From Macrostomum hystrix (taxonomy: Eukaryota > Animalia > Platyhelminthes): 64,000 bases of DNA. Positions 1-17,109 of this stretch are shown here, piece by piece (within the stretch, counting starts at the first letter, position 1; each line of letters begins with the position of its first letter). The notes under the pieces were generated by a model. It saw only the letters and a program-made list of their open reading frames with translations, was not told the DNA's origin and did not search any database. The stretch lies in NCBI GenBank assembly GCA_950097015.1, contig CATNEN010000025.1:2728001-2792000 (forward strand). The letters run 5' to 3'. A program made the position numbers and the translations under genes.

Positions 1-127
1 GGCTAAACCAGAGTTTGAATCATGGCTAAACCGGAGTTTGAATCAAGGCTAAACAAGAGTTAGAATCATGGCTAAACCAGCGTTTGAATCATGGCTAAAC
101 CAGCGTTTGAATCATGGCTAAACCAGA
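1..127. repeat. 23-bp tandem repeat (ATCATGGCTAAACCAGAGTTTGA), truncated by window start
   Basis: About 5 copies visible directly. Confidence 0.85.
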
Positions 128-1090
128 ACTGGGGGATAATCGTCAACTGGGGGATCATAGTAAACTGGGGGATAATTGTCAACTGGGGGATCATTGTCAA
201 CTGGAGGATAATTGTCCACTGGGGAATCATCATCAAATGGGGGATCATGGTCAACTGGGGATCATCATCAATTGGGAGTTATCATCAAATGGGGGATCAC
301 AGTCAACTGAGAGATAATTGTCGACTTGGGGATCATTGTCAACTGGGAGATCATTGTCAACTGGGGGATCATTGTCAACTGGGGGATCATTGTCAACTGC
401 GTGATCATCATCAACTGGGGGATCATTGTCAACTGGGGGATCATTGACAACTGGGGGAACATTGTCAACTGGGGGATCATTGTCAACTCACTCAACTGCG
501 TGATCTTCATCAACTGGGGGATCATTTTCAACTGTGGGAACATTGTCAACTGGGGATCATCATCAATGGGGAGTCATCATTAACTGGGAGATCATTGTCA
601 ACTGCGTGATCATCATCAATTGGGGGATTATTGTCAACTGGGGGATCATTGTCAACTTGGGGATCATTGTCATGGTCAACTGGGGATCATCATCAATTGG
701 GAGTCATCATCAAATGGGGGATCATAGTCAACTGAGAGATAATTGTCGACTGGGGGATCATTGTCAACTGGGAGATCATTGTGAACCAGGGGATCATTGT
801 CAACTGGGGGTTCATTGTCAACTGGGTGATCATTATCAACTGGGGGATCATTGTCAACTGGGGGATCATTGCCAACTGGGGGATCATTGTCAACTGGGGA
901 TCATCATCAATAGGGAGTCATCATTAACTGGGGGATCATTGTCAAATGCGTGACCATCATCAATTGGGGGATTATTTTCAACTTGGGGATCATTATCAAC
1001 TGGGGGATCATTGTCAACTGGGGGATCATTGTCAACTGGGGGATCATTGTCAACTGGGGGATCATTATCAACTGGGGGATCATTGTCATC
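128..1090. repeat. 18-bp minisatellite (CAACTGGGGGATCATTGT)n
   Basis: Unit read directly; produces the 6-aa periodic ORFs in the track; a variant block recurs at about 245-325 and 668-750. Confidence 0.95.
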
Positions 1091-1524
1091 TGATCATTGT
1101 AGCGCAAAAAAGGCTGAAAATACAGCTGCTAAAAAGTATATACTGGACGAACTAAAAATATTTCTGCTCCCCGAAGGGGGGCAAAACTTGCTAGTTTTTT
1201 GGTAGAGCTAAAAACAAAGGTATAAGGTATAACTAAAAACGGCACCAAGAAAAGCTACTTAAGAAGACGTAAAATTACTTGATCTTGAGACGTCCGTCGA
1301 TCGTCCATGTAACATTATCTTTTTATTATATTAGTCAAGTGAAGTTATTTATATTAAGGAATATAACTAAAGCTTGCTCTTCCTTGTCAGTTATAGCATT
1401 ATTTTAAAGCATATAGATTTATAGCAAAAACCAGTGTTGTTGTACATTTAAGATGGAGTTGTAAATGTATTATGAATTTAAGACGATGGAAGCAAGCAAT
1501 ATTTTAATTAATTGAATATCATAA

Positions 1525-2536
1525 GGGGGTGTATAAAACATGGGCTCGCATTGGGCACACTGGGACCACTGGGTTTGAAACATTATAACAAAAAATACAT
1601 TTCTTTACCTTCATCAGCGTTTAATGCAAGAAGAGGAAAATAGAAAAAAAATTTTTATTTTCAGAAACGTTTTTTTTAATTGCTACGTCTTTACTTGATA
1701 ACTCAAATGTTTTAACAACGATTTTCAACTTCCTTTCGATTAAATATTTGCTTTCAACTGAAAGCTTTACTTTTTCTCGAAAAGCAACGAGAAAGCTGTA
1801 GTAATTACTCAACTTGTTTGCTGGTAAATTATAAAAATGATTTACTTTGTAATGATTTTTGTTTCTAATAGTTTCTGTTAAAGAAGAAGGCATGGAAAAA
1901 AATCCGTGCCAACAAGCTGCCAATTACGTATATTGACCAACAAAAGTAAGGATAATACATACGCTGTGGAACACATATAGAGCTGACTAGAAAGTTAAAA
2001 CTAATTTGCGGAGCCCAGCAAATAGTAAAATATTTGCCGACTGGTTAGAAAAGAAAAAAACAAAAAACAGAACCGTAGAACTACAAAAAATGTAGCAATA
2101 TCCGCACAATTTAAATAAAGTATGCTGAAATGCTAGGTGTGTAAAAAACTTTAAGACAAAAACAGCGAAAACGTACAAGTTACATTTCGAAACAAATGTT
2201 TTAATAAAAAAATTAAAATGCCTAGTGTACAAAAAATGAATGAAAAATAAATGAAAACCATAATTTAATAGTTGTAAATTTTACATGCTATGGCGGCCTC
2301 ATAGTTTCAGCTTTAGCTTTTGGCACGCAAAAAAATAAAAATACGCCAAAATCAAGTGTCAGCAAAAAATAGCGCAAGGTTACAAATTAGAATACGAAAA
2401 TTTGTATTATAAGTGATTTTCTTACTGTTAGCGATATCAGAATAACCTTTAGTAATTTTTCGAACTTATATACTTTGTTTTATTATTTTAAACCCAGTGA
2501 GCCCAGTGTGCCCAGACCCATAGATTATACACACCC
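1525..2536. mobile_element. Non-autonomous Mutator-like (MULE) DNA transposon, about 1.0 kb
   Basis: Imperfect ~60-bp terminal inverted repeats (GGGGGTGTATAA..GGGCACACTGGG..CACTGGGTTT versus AAACCCAGTG..CCCAGTGTGCCC..TTATACACACCC); perfect 10-bp TSD AATATCATAA at 1515-1524 and 2537-2546; AT-rich non-coding interior. 9-11 bp TSD with long G-starting TIRs is characteristic of Mutator. Confidence 0.8.
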
Positions 2537-3073
2537 AATATCATAAATCTGATAATTTGCACAGGCGTATAACTAATTTGTTTTGGTTTGGCAGTGTTTC
2601 TGGCTGCTGGATTTCTTAGAATGTTCGTTTAAACGTTGCTCGTGAAGCAAAAATTCCGTACATTATTTTTTAGTTAAGACTGGACCTTCAACATTGGACC
2701 TTCAAGGACAAGGTCCTTGAATTAAGAATAGCTTATTTTAAACTCAAAAATGCAAAATTAGAGTGCAAACTATTTGCGAATGATTTTTATTGTTTCTTTA
2801 TGTACCCAAGTATTAATTTAAAACCAATACATTAGAAGACATTTACCAAATTAGTAAAAGTATATACATAAGTAAAATTGTAGTAATTGTCTTGCATTGT
2901 ATCCATTATATTGGGCCCATTGGTTGTATCCAACAAGCCGTATAATTCAATTCAGTCTTAGTACACAGAGGGCTTAGTACGAAACAGGTTAAACTTCTAA
3001 GTATTAGCCATTATTGTATATCTCTTTAGTAGGGTGCGCTACGGCAGGCATTTAATTAAATGACGATTAGTCT

Positions 3074-3108
3074 ATTGGCTCGCCGATTGCTATGAAAAGC
3101 ATATAAAA
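3074..3108 (+). promoter_or_regulatory. Putative core promoter of the lectin gene (inverted CCAAT and TATA box)
   Basis: ATTGG at 3074-3078 and TATAAAA at 3102-3108, about 75 bp upstream of ATG 3183. Confidence 0.45.
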
Positions 3109-3182
3109 AGCCGCTACCAGAAAGCCAAATTGCCGTTAATTTTTTCGATTTGTGCAGCCCTAGCTATGAAGCTATGAAAAAT

Positions 3183-3949
3183 ATGAAGCTATACACAGTT
3201 TCCTGCTGCTCTCGTTGACTTCGACTCTACTCGAAGGCAGCAGCGACTGCGGCAACAAGGTCTCATTCCACCAGGTGACCGCTCTGAGCTGCGTGAGAAG
3301 CGACTTCGTGCAAACGCACTCTGAGGCTGCGTCTCTGCTGGAGTGCTCGCTGCTGTGTGCAAAGACTGCTCACTGCCAGGCTCTCAGCATGTCCGATGGT
3401 CCGTGTAAGCTGTTCGTGTTCCACAGGTGCAGCAAGAACGTGAGAGACTGCAGCTGCACTCGCACAGCTCAGGTGTTTGTGAGACAGCAGTCGGGACTGC
3501 CGCCCGGAGCTCTGTGTCCTGCTGGCTACGCTGACGACCTGTGCGGCACCAAGTACAAGTTCATGAGCTGTGCGAGAAACTGGACAAAGTGCAAGGAAAT
3601 GTGCGATGCGGAGTCAGGACTCGTCATCATGGCTGACGTGATGGACAGCACCGAGTTCAACCAGGTGAAAGAGTTGATTGTCAGGCAGATCTCAAACTCA
3701 GCTAACTTAGACTCAGCTTTTGTGGATGGCTGGCAGCTTCCGGGCAGTGAAGAGCCATCTGGAGGCTGGCAGTGGGCCAGCTGCGGTCTGAACATCTCTG
3801 CCAGCCTTTGGAGCAGCGGCGAGCCGAACAACTCCGGCGGTTCCGAGGATCGACTCGTTGTGTCACGCACCACCGAGTTCGTGGATGTACCTCTTGACTA
3901 CCATTGGGCAGCTGGAGGCTTGTGCGAGTGCCTGTCACCTTTCACTTGA
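3183..3949 (+). CDS. Secreted PAN/apple + C-type lectin domain protein (intronless; 1-nt frameshift at 3199-3201)
   Basis: ORF 3215-3949 has a PAN-like Cys pattern (ECSLLCAKTAHCQAL..CKLF) and a CTLD (NWTKCKEMC..GWQW..LWSSGEPNN..LCE) with EPN motif. Adding one T to the TTT run joins ATG 3183 to give the signal peptide MKLYTVFLLLSLTSTLLEGSS. Confidence 0.85.
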
Positions 3950-4200
3950 AGCTGCAAAGATCAAGACCAAGACCGAGCTTAACCATTTGAAAAAAAGACT
4001 TAACAAACTGTCAAACCTAACTACCTTTGATTCAATTTATATTGGCGGGTGGCAGCTTCCGGGCAGTCGGTAGTTAAGAATCGAGTCTTGGTCTTGGTGT
4101 CGCGTTTCTAAAGAGTTCATGGATGCCACCGATTTCCACAATGCCGCAGCTGGTGGCTTCTGCCAATTTTTCTGTCGCCAATTCGTTTGAAGCGATACAA
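3950..4200. pseudogene. Rearranged fragments of a paralogous C-type lectin
   Basis: + strand 3960-4066 reads TELNHLKKRLNKLSNLTTFDSIYIGGWQLPGS versus TEFNQVKELIVRQISNSANLDSAFVDGWQLPGS in the gene; an inverted related segment follows at 4073-4200. Confidence 0.6.
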
Positions 4201-4493
4201 CCTCAATTAGCGTGTTCTGCCAGTTAATTGGAATCACATTTTGCTTTTTCTAGTTGCTTTATTATAGATATTTTTTCGTCATAATGATGTTGATAATTCA
4301 AGTGCAGTGAGTACACATTTTCCCATTCAATTTCAACTCACACGAAATTCAATTTAGACAACCCTCAATATTAATTGACAGTGTATGCTAAGACCAGGAT
4401 TTAAATACTGAAATTAGACAAACGCTAATCCAATTTTACTAGCAGACATTCGATTGAAAACAGTGATTTTTCTATTTAGACACTCCTCGTCTT

Positions 4494-4580
4494 GTGCTTT
4501 TCTGTCTATGGTAAAAACATCCTATCTATGGAAATAAGTATTTTTATTAACTAGAGATTTTACCATAGACATAAAAGCAC
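4494..4580. mobile_element. 87-bp miniature inverted-repeat element (MITE-like hairpin)
   Basis: 23-bp inverted repeats GTGCTTTTCTGTCTATGGTAAAA (4494-4516) and TTTTACCATAGACATAAAAGCAC (4558-4580), 22/23 match; no clear TSD. Confidence 0.55.
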
Positions 4581-4642
4581 ATAAAATAAATGACCAACGC
4601 GTGCATAACACAATGAAATATAAAGCATAAAGTCTTTTTTAA

Positions 4643-4950
4643 GGGGTTGTAGCCCATCGGTTAGAGCGTCGGACTCACGACTTAAAGGTCGATGGTTCTA
4701 TTCCCGACTCCATTGGAACAATTTGTGTCCTTTAGCAAGACACAGAACTGTGCGTTGCTTCAGTTCACCCAGCTGTTAAATGGGTACCAGCATCAACTGG
4801 GATAATTGAGAGTGAGGGTGTGGCGTCCCCCCAGTCCATGGACTGAACAGCTGTACGCAGCCTTCAGATGCGCCGCGCAATAGTTGCGGCTGTGCTGTCG
4901 GCTGCACATCTGGCCCAATTGGGGCAGGTGAAATCAATAATAATAATAAT
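4643..4950 (+). mobile_element. tRNA-derived SINE, family A (full length)
   Basis: tRNA-like head with A-box and B-box-like motifs (TAGCCCATCGG; GGTTCTATTCC), CORE-like central segment (TGTGTCCTTTAGCAAGACAC..AAATGGGTACC), structured 3' part and (AAT)n tail; near-identical copy at 28947-29244. Confidence 0.88.
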
Positions 4951-5178
4951 TTTTTTGTAGAAAGATTCGTTTAAAGAAAGACCAAATTAAGTAAAAATAT
5001 GGAATAGTTTTGAAGAAATGCGGTGCTTGAAACTAGGCTAGTAATGAAGATGTGATCTTCATTGAGATGAGAGAGCAGAGTATTTTGCCCAAAGTTTCTT
5101 GCCTGAAAAGTTTAAATAAGCCATTAACAGCACAGCTAATGACTCATAAATTGAAAGTAGATTGAGGGAAAATGCAAA

Positions 5179-6199
5179 CTATAAGAATCCACATGCTGTT
5201 GGTTGATGCTTAACGGTAAATTTCGACAACTGCGTACCCACAGTCTGGGTATGCAGTATGCTGCTGCTGTTGCTACTGCTGCTTTTATGGCGGCGGCTGC
5301 TGTTTTCACAGCGGGCGCCGCTGCGGCTGCGGCTGCGGCTTCTCTTCTTGCAGTCTCGGGCAACATGCCTGAGACCGCAACATCGATGGCATACTGCAAA
5401 TAAAAAAACCAAAGTAAATAGAAAGAAACTCATGCACTCTATGAAAAAATGCTCTATTCAAATGATAACTAAATGGAAAACTAACATAAACGGCCAGCGC
5501 TGGCACCTCCACAAACACGGCCGCCACCGCGCACACCACCGCCTCGGTCGCCGCCACCACCGCCGCCGCCGCCGCCACCGCTGCCGTAGCCGCCACCGCC
5601 TCGGCCGTCACCGCCGCCTCGGCCGTCACCTTGGCCGTCACCGCCGCCGTAGCCGCCACTGCGGCCGTAGCCGCCACCGCCGTAGACGCCACCGCCGTAG
5701 CCGCCACCGCCGTAGACGCCACCGCCGTAGCCGCCACCGCCGCCTTGACCGCCACCGCCGTAACCGCCACCGCCACCGCCGTAGCCGCTACCGCCGCCGC
5801 CACCGCCGAAGCCGCCACCACCGCCGCGGACGCTGCCACCGCCGCCGCCACCAGCGTGGACGCCGCCACCGCCGCCTCGGCCGCCGTAGCCACCACCACC
5901 ATCGCGGACGCCGCCACCGCCGCCGCCACCACCGTGGACGCGGCCACCGCCGCCTCGGCCGCCACCTTGGACGCCGCCACCGCGGCGGTTAACGGTTACA
6001 TTGATACTACACAAAACAAAACTCGTACTTAATCAAACGAATAGAACACTTTCGAGCAAATAAAAAAACAAGAAATCACTTTTTAAATTACTCGTACGAG
6101 TACTGGAGACAGTCAAGCAATTGAGAAATTTACGGAGAACGATATGAAGCAGTGCAAAACAAAACAATACTTTGCCGCTCCGATTTTGTTTGCTGCCAT
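5179..6199 (-). CDS. Gly/Tyr/Arg-rich low-complexity protein with CCHC zinc knuckle and RS tail (putative RNA-binding protein)
   Basis: Phase-consistent model: join(6171-6199, 5486-6006, 5179-5393), about 254 aa. GGY/RGG repeats, then CHRCCGLRHVARDC (CX2CX4HX4C), then KKRSRSRSRS. The first exon is tentative. Confidence 0.65.
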
Positions 6200-7092
6200 T
6201 GAAAATGAGACTTTTGAGAAGCCTACTATTCAATGAACAGTCGAACACCCACAGGTACGTGAAACCATCAGATACGACTTTGCAGTGAACTATTGTGACT
6301 TAGAATTCAGCTGAATATTTACAGCCTAATCATTATTGGCAAACCCATATTTGGTCACAGGCAGGATTACACAAAATAAAAAACTGGTCAAAAACGAAGG
6401 GGTTAAATTTTGAATAGAAAGCGTGGGTATTCCTGCTGTGAACCAAACTCAAAGCGTCGGACATTGTTCAAAACTGTCGATAGCCACTTCATCAAAATGT
6501 TATTTTGCTGTTCATACACCTTACAGGTTGAACGATTTAAGCAAAAATGGAAATGATTATAATTATAATTAAATGGCTATAATTATTAAAATAATTAGGA
6601 TAAATATGCCTAATATTTATTTTTCGCTTCGCTCGACTTTTCCTCTGGTCTCTTTGGTTTGAGCTCTCTCATCTCAACTAGAACTGAATCTGAAATACCG
6701 AAAAGCATTCGGTATTAATGGAGGCTGACTGGGTCTATCATTGGTTTCGGCCTAAGACATAAAAACTATATATATATATATAGGATATCGGATAAATCTA
6801 CGAGTATAACTATAACTAAAGTGGTCCTTCGCGTCCTCCTGTGTACTCTTAGTCACGGCCATAGACAAAACAATTGATTCGATCAACATTTTAGCTGGAG
6901 TGTTCCTCTGATCCTAGGGACTACTTAGACTACCCTTAGTAGTAGTTTAAGAATGTGAGTAGCGTTTTTCGGAAATTCGAAAGTGAGAAAAACATCTGAT
7001 TCACCGTTTTTTATTGATTGTTGAGACATACAAGAAGCGATTCTCAACAAACTTAAGTTTAGAGACTTTTTAAGACCAAACTCCAGATAATG

Positions 7093-7224
7093 ATTAAAAT
7101 AATTGCAGGAGGGCTGCAGGCAATGGCAGATCATTTGGTGACACTAGACCCGCAGCCAGCGAGGAGGTAATCCTGCCCATTTCGCTGACTCCTGAGCACA
7201 CACGCACACAGATACCGAACGCAG
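7093..7224 (-). mobile_element. SINE family B, 5'-truncated copy
   Basis: Reverse complement of the 3' part of the full copy at 25036-25398. Confidence 0.85.
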
Positions 7225-8363
7225 TGTTTTGTGAACGCAGTATAAAGATCACCAGACATCTTCATGCTGAAATTTTGGCTTCATTAGTAGCCAATTTAGA
7301 GGTTCTGTAAAAAATTAAATGGTTTAACAAAGCGACCAATAAGGAAAATTTGAAATGAGGGATGAAATTTTCCCGTCATCCGTCAAACTATGATATAAAA
7401 AATCGAATTTTCAGACAAGATTTAATCTCTAAATTGAATAGAGACTCACAGAAACGACAGAATGTCATATCAACATCCTCAACGTTGGGCACGCAACACT
7501 TCCTTTCACTTCGCATAGGAACATCCGTTCTATTTGGAGAAATGCAGAAAATCATAAAACAGTTTTAAGTAGGCTTTCGAGTGCCACAAATTTTGCATTG
7601 TCGGCCTATACTGGCGCTTGCATGCTGCGCAACGAGAAATCGGCGAGAAGTAGGAGAGGAATTAGACAGGCCAGAGATGAAGCTTGGTGATAAGATGCCA
7701 AGCCTCATCTATACACTTGGCCTATAGACGGGTCACCTGTTGCTGCTGCTGCCTTTTTTGCTCTCTCTCTCTCTCTCTTCCGTTTTCAGATTCCACTGGC
7801 TCCGGCTCCTCCTCCATCATCGTCATTTCCTTTTGCCTTTCGATGAGCCTTCGGGGTTCAGGCCTTCCGGTCCATAGAAAACGACTCCAGCGTCCCTGCC
7901 TCCCCAGCCCGCACTTGGGACAGAATAAACTGACAAGACCAACAGCGCCATCTTTCTAGGAAAGCACCAAGCTGCAGCAACCAGCAATGCAGCGAAGGAG
8001 TTTTTGGTTTTTGGAAGACAGTTTTGGAATTTCAGCGAACACGCCCGATAATTATGCACCTAAGAGGTTGGAAGAATGGGGCATTGACCTGCCGTATCCA
8101 AGCTTTCATCTGCAGCTAGAAAATCGGTCGAAAAATAAGGATAAGGAGAAAAATAATGGAGGCATCGGAACCCACTTGGCAACCGGTCATCCCAGCCGAA
8201 TGATTTCTGATTTTTCTTTTTCCCCTCCCACTTAGCCATTTGCACCGGTGTGGATGGGAAGTTAATTGGCTTGAAAGCTCTTGGAAAGAAGCAGCAAAGG
8301 CAGTGAAAGTTGCTTCTAGGAGCAGTAGACTACGAACAACTCGGGGGAAGAACAACCTGTAAA

Positions 8364-8960
8364 TCTGGGATCTAGGATCTGGGATCTAGGATCTGGGATC
8401 TAGGATCTGGGATCTAGGATCTGGGATCTGGGATCTAGGATCTGGGATCTAGGATCTGGGATCTAGGATCTGGGATCTAGGATCTGGGATCTAGGATCTG
8501 GGATCTAGGATCTGGGATCTAGGATCTGGGATCTAGGATCTGGGATCTAGGATCTGGGATCTAGGATCTGGGATCTAGGATCTGGGATCTAGGATCTGGG
8601 ATCTAGGATCTGGGATCTAGGATCTGGGATCTAGGATCTGGGATCTAGGATCTGGGATCTAGGATCTGGGATCTAGGATCTGGGATCTAGGATCTGGGAT
8701 CTAGGATCTGGGATCTAGGATCTGGGATCTAGGATCTGGGATCTAGGATCTAGGATCTAGGATCTGGGATCTGGGATCTAGGATCTGGGATCTAGGATCT
8801 GGGATCTAGGATCTGGGATCTAGGATCTAGGATCTGGGATCTAGGATCTGGGATCTGGGATCTAGGATCTGGGATCTAGGATCTGGGATCTAGGATCTGG
8901 GATCTAGGATCTAGGATCTGGGATCTAGGATCTGGGATCTAGGATCTGGGATCTAGGATC
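8364..8960. repeat. 14-bp (7+7) satellite (GGATCTGGGATCTA)n
   Basis: Read directly. Confidence 0.95.
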
Positions 8961-9340
8961 TTTCCTTGAAAGAAGTTTGGTAAAATTTCTTCCTTTAAAA
9001 AAATAAACTCAAGGTTTACCTGCTTGGTGTTCATTTGTGCATCAGTTCTGTTCATTAAATTAATCTCGCAAATATCAACTAGAAATCTTAAACATAAAAC
9101 TTAATAAAAACTGCGCATGAGTTATATATTTTTTCATAGTAACTGAAAGCAGTTTCAAGCAATGAGGACAGCGAAAGTCCAACAGACAAACAAAAGCGGA
9201 CCTTTTTGTTGTGCAAATACAGTGCAAAGCAATTCAAGTGCCAAGCGTGCTATTATAAACTAAAAACTACCTGGATGATTGAAAAATGAAGCGATAAGTG
9301 CAGCACTTGATTTTTACGCAAATTAAATCTGTGCTTTTAG

Positions 9341-9864
9341 CCATTGGATTATTAGCCAGAGGATTATTAGCCAGACGATTATTAGCCAGAGGATTATTAG
9401 CCAGAGGATTATTAGCCAGAGGATTATTAGCCAGAGGATTATTAGCCAGAGGATTATTAGTCAGAGGATTATTAGCCAGAGGATTATTAGCCAGAGGATT
9501 ATTAGTCAGAGGATTATTAGCCAGAGGATTATTAGCCAGAGGATTATTGGCCAGGGGATTATTAGCCAGAGGATTATTAGCCAGGGGATTATTAGCCAGA
9601 CGATTGTTAGCCAGAGGATTATTAGCCAGAGGATTATTAGCCAGAGGATTATTAGCCAGAGGACTATTGGCCAGAGGATTATTAGCCAGGGGACTATTAG
9701 CCAGAGGATTATTGGCCAGAGGATTATTAGCCAGATGATTATTAGCCAGAGGATTATTAGCCAGAGGATTATTAGCCAGAGGATTATTAGCCAGAGGATT
9801 ATTAGCCAGAGGATTATTAGCCAGAGGATTATTAGCCAGAGGATTATTAGCCAGAGGATTATAA
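9341..9864. repeat. 15-bp minisatellite (GCCAGAGGATTATTA)n
   Basis: Read directly; explains the NNPLA / LLARG ORFs. Confidence 0.95.
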
Positions 9865-10119
9865 GCCATAAAAATAAAAAGTGCACCTTTCAATCGTACA
9901 ATATTTGTTACTGAATTTTTGAACAAAATATATAAACGAGTCCATTCGAAAGAGGTTTTTTAAAAGTAGGAATGATTTTAGTACTCGAAGAACAAGATCT
10001 TTAACGGGAGCAAGTACAAAGACATACAACAAGTAGGTAAACAAGCTTTATTATTTCTGAAAATCAAACGTGCTACCATCTATGGCTTTAAAATCGATTT
10101 TATAACTTGATCGCCGTGA

Positions 10120-15959
<5,840 letters not shown>

Positions 15960-16293
15960 GCCTTCTGGGAGGAGTGGGAGCCAGTTTGGGAGAATCTTCC
16001 TCCCAATCTCTCCTAAGTCTCCCGATAAGCCGATAGCACCCCTCTCTCTCCTCTCTCTCTCTCGCACACCACAAAGAAATATCCCCAAATTATCTCTTCC
16101 CCGCGGTCCAAAAGTCCGCTGGGATTGAATATCACCTTCAATAGCGGCTCGACAACGGGGAGTCAAGATGTTGCTTTCATAATTAATAATAAGCAGCAGT
16201 CAGACGCACCTGTCGGCTGTGACATTCCCGCTATTTTGAGCTGTTTGACTGGGCCAACCCACTGAATCAGCGGCTGATTATATTATTGTTTAT

Positions 16294-16304
16294 TAATGCA
16301 ATTA
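16294..16304. promoter_or_regulatory. P3 paired-type homeodomain palindrome TAAT-GCA-ATTA upstream of Alx
   Basis: Exact TAATNNNATTA; a second one at 15911-15921; TAATTG/TTAATC monomer sites near 16475-16487. Confidence 0.4.
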
Positions 16305-17109
16305 GCGGCTTAGGCGGCCGGGGGGCCTGGCTGAGGCGGGAGAAAATTGAAAAATTAAATTTGCGAACTGGGGCGCACTGGGGAGAATAAGAGACCGAAT
16401 CGGAGACGACAGACAAGCGGGCGGTAGTCGTCTGTTTATCCACGCCGACTTTATTAGAACTGACGGGCCTCACCTAATTGGTTAATCACCTTGGCATCCA
16501 GGGCGCTTCCCTTGCCTCCCAGCCTCCCCCCTTACCCTCCTCGCTCTCTCTCCCAGTCAATGGGAAAATATATAGGGGCCTGAAGATTGATGAAGTAAAG
16601 ACGCTTTCGTCCCAGCGGGTGGGCTGAGAGGCCTCTTGGGAGAGCGAGGCAGGAAAGCGGCGACAGAAGGAGGAAGGGAGGAGGCGGAGGAAGCGAATTT
16701 TTCAACCTCTCCGTCTGGCCCACATATTTTCGGGGAAAACTAACTGTTGCGGATCAGGTGGGTGAATGGGCTTATAGAGAGGGCGCGGGATCAAGCGCAG
16801 ATGTTATCGTCTCACAGCGTCCCGGAAGAGGCTAACAGAAGAGAAAGTAGAAGAAAAAGCGGAGCGGAAAAACGCCAAAAAGATAAATGCCTATAGAAGC
16901 AGAAGATTGACAGAATTCTTTAGATCGGAGAGTAACATGCAGAAATTCCATACCGTGCTCTCTCGGTACGAGCTTTACAATTTTGCAATCTCATTTTTAA
17001 TTCTGTTTTAGTTACAGATGCTATAAAATTAAGAATAAAAGCTAGAATAGAAGTTTAAGCTTGAATTGCTTGAACAAAAAGAGTTAAAATAGGAGCCATA
17101 AATGGAATC

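Noticed and set aside
72-1205. Numerous 6-aa periodic ORFs
   Set aside because: 18-bp satellite artefacts.
3197-3215. Spliced-leader AUG supplying the lectin start codon
   Set aside because: An AUG joined at the AG 3197-3198 is out of frame; a 1-nt indel explains the data better.
5258-6032. His/Arg-rich and Ala-rich ORFs overlapping the Gly-rich exon
   Set aside because: Alternative frames and strands of a GCC-rich exon; only the Gly frame has compatible splice phases and leads to the zinc knuckle.
6760-6890. RRM-like peptide TQEDAKDHFS on the - strand upstream of the Gly-rich gene
   Set aside because: No RNP1/RNP2 motifs or compatible splice sites found; too short to support.
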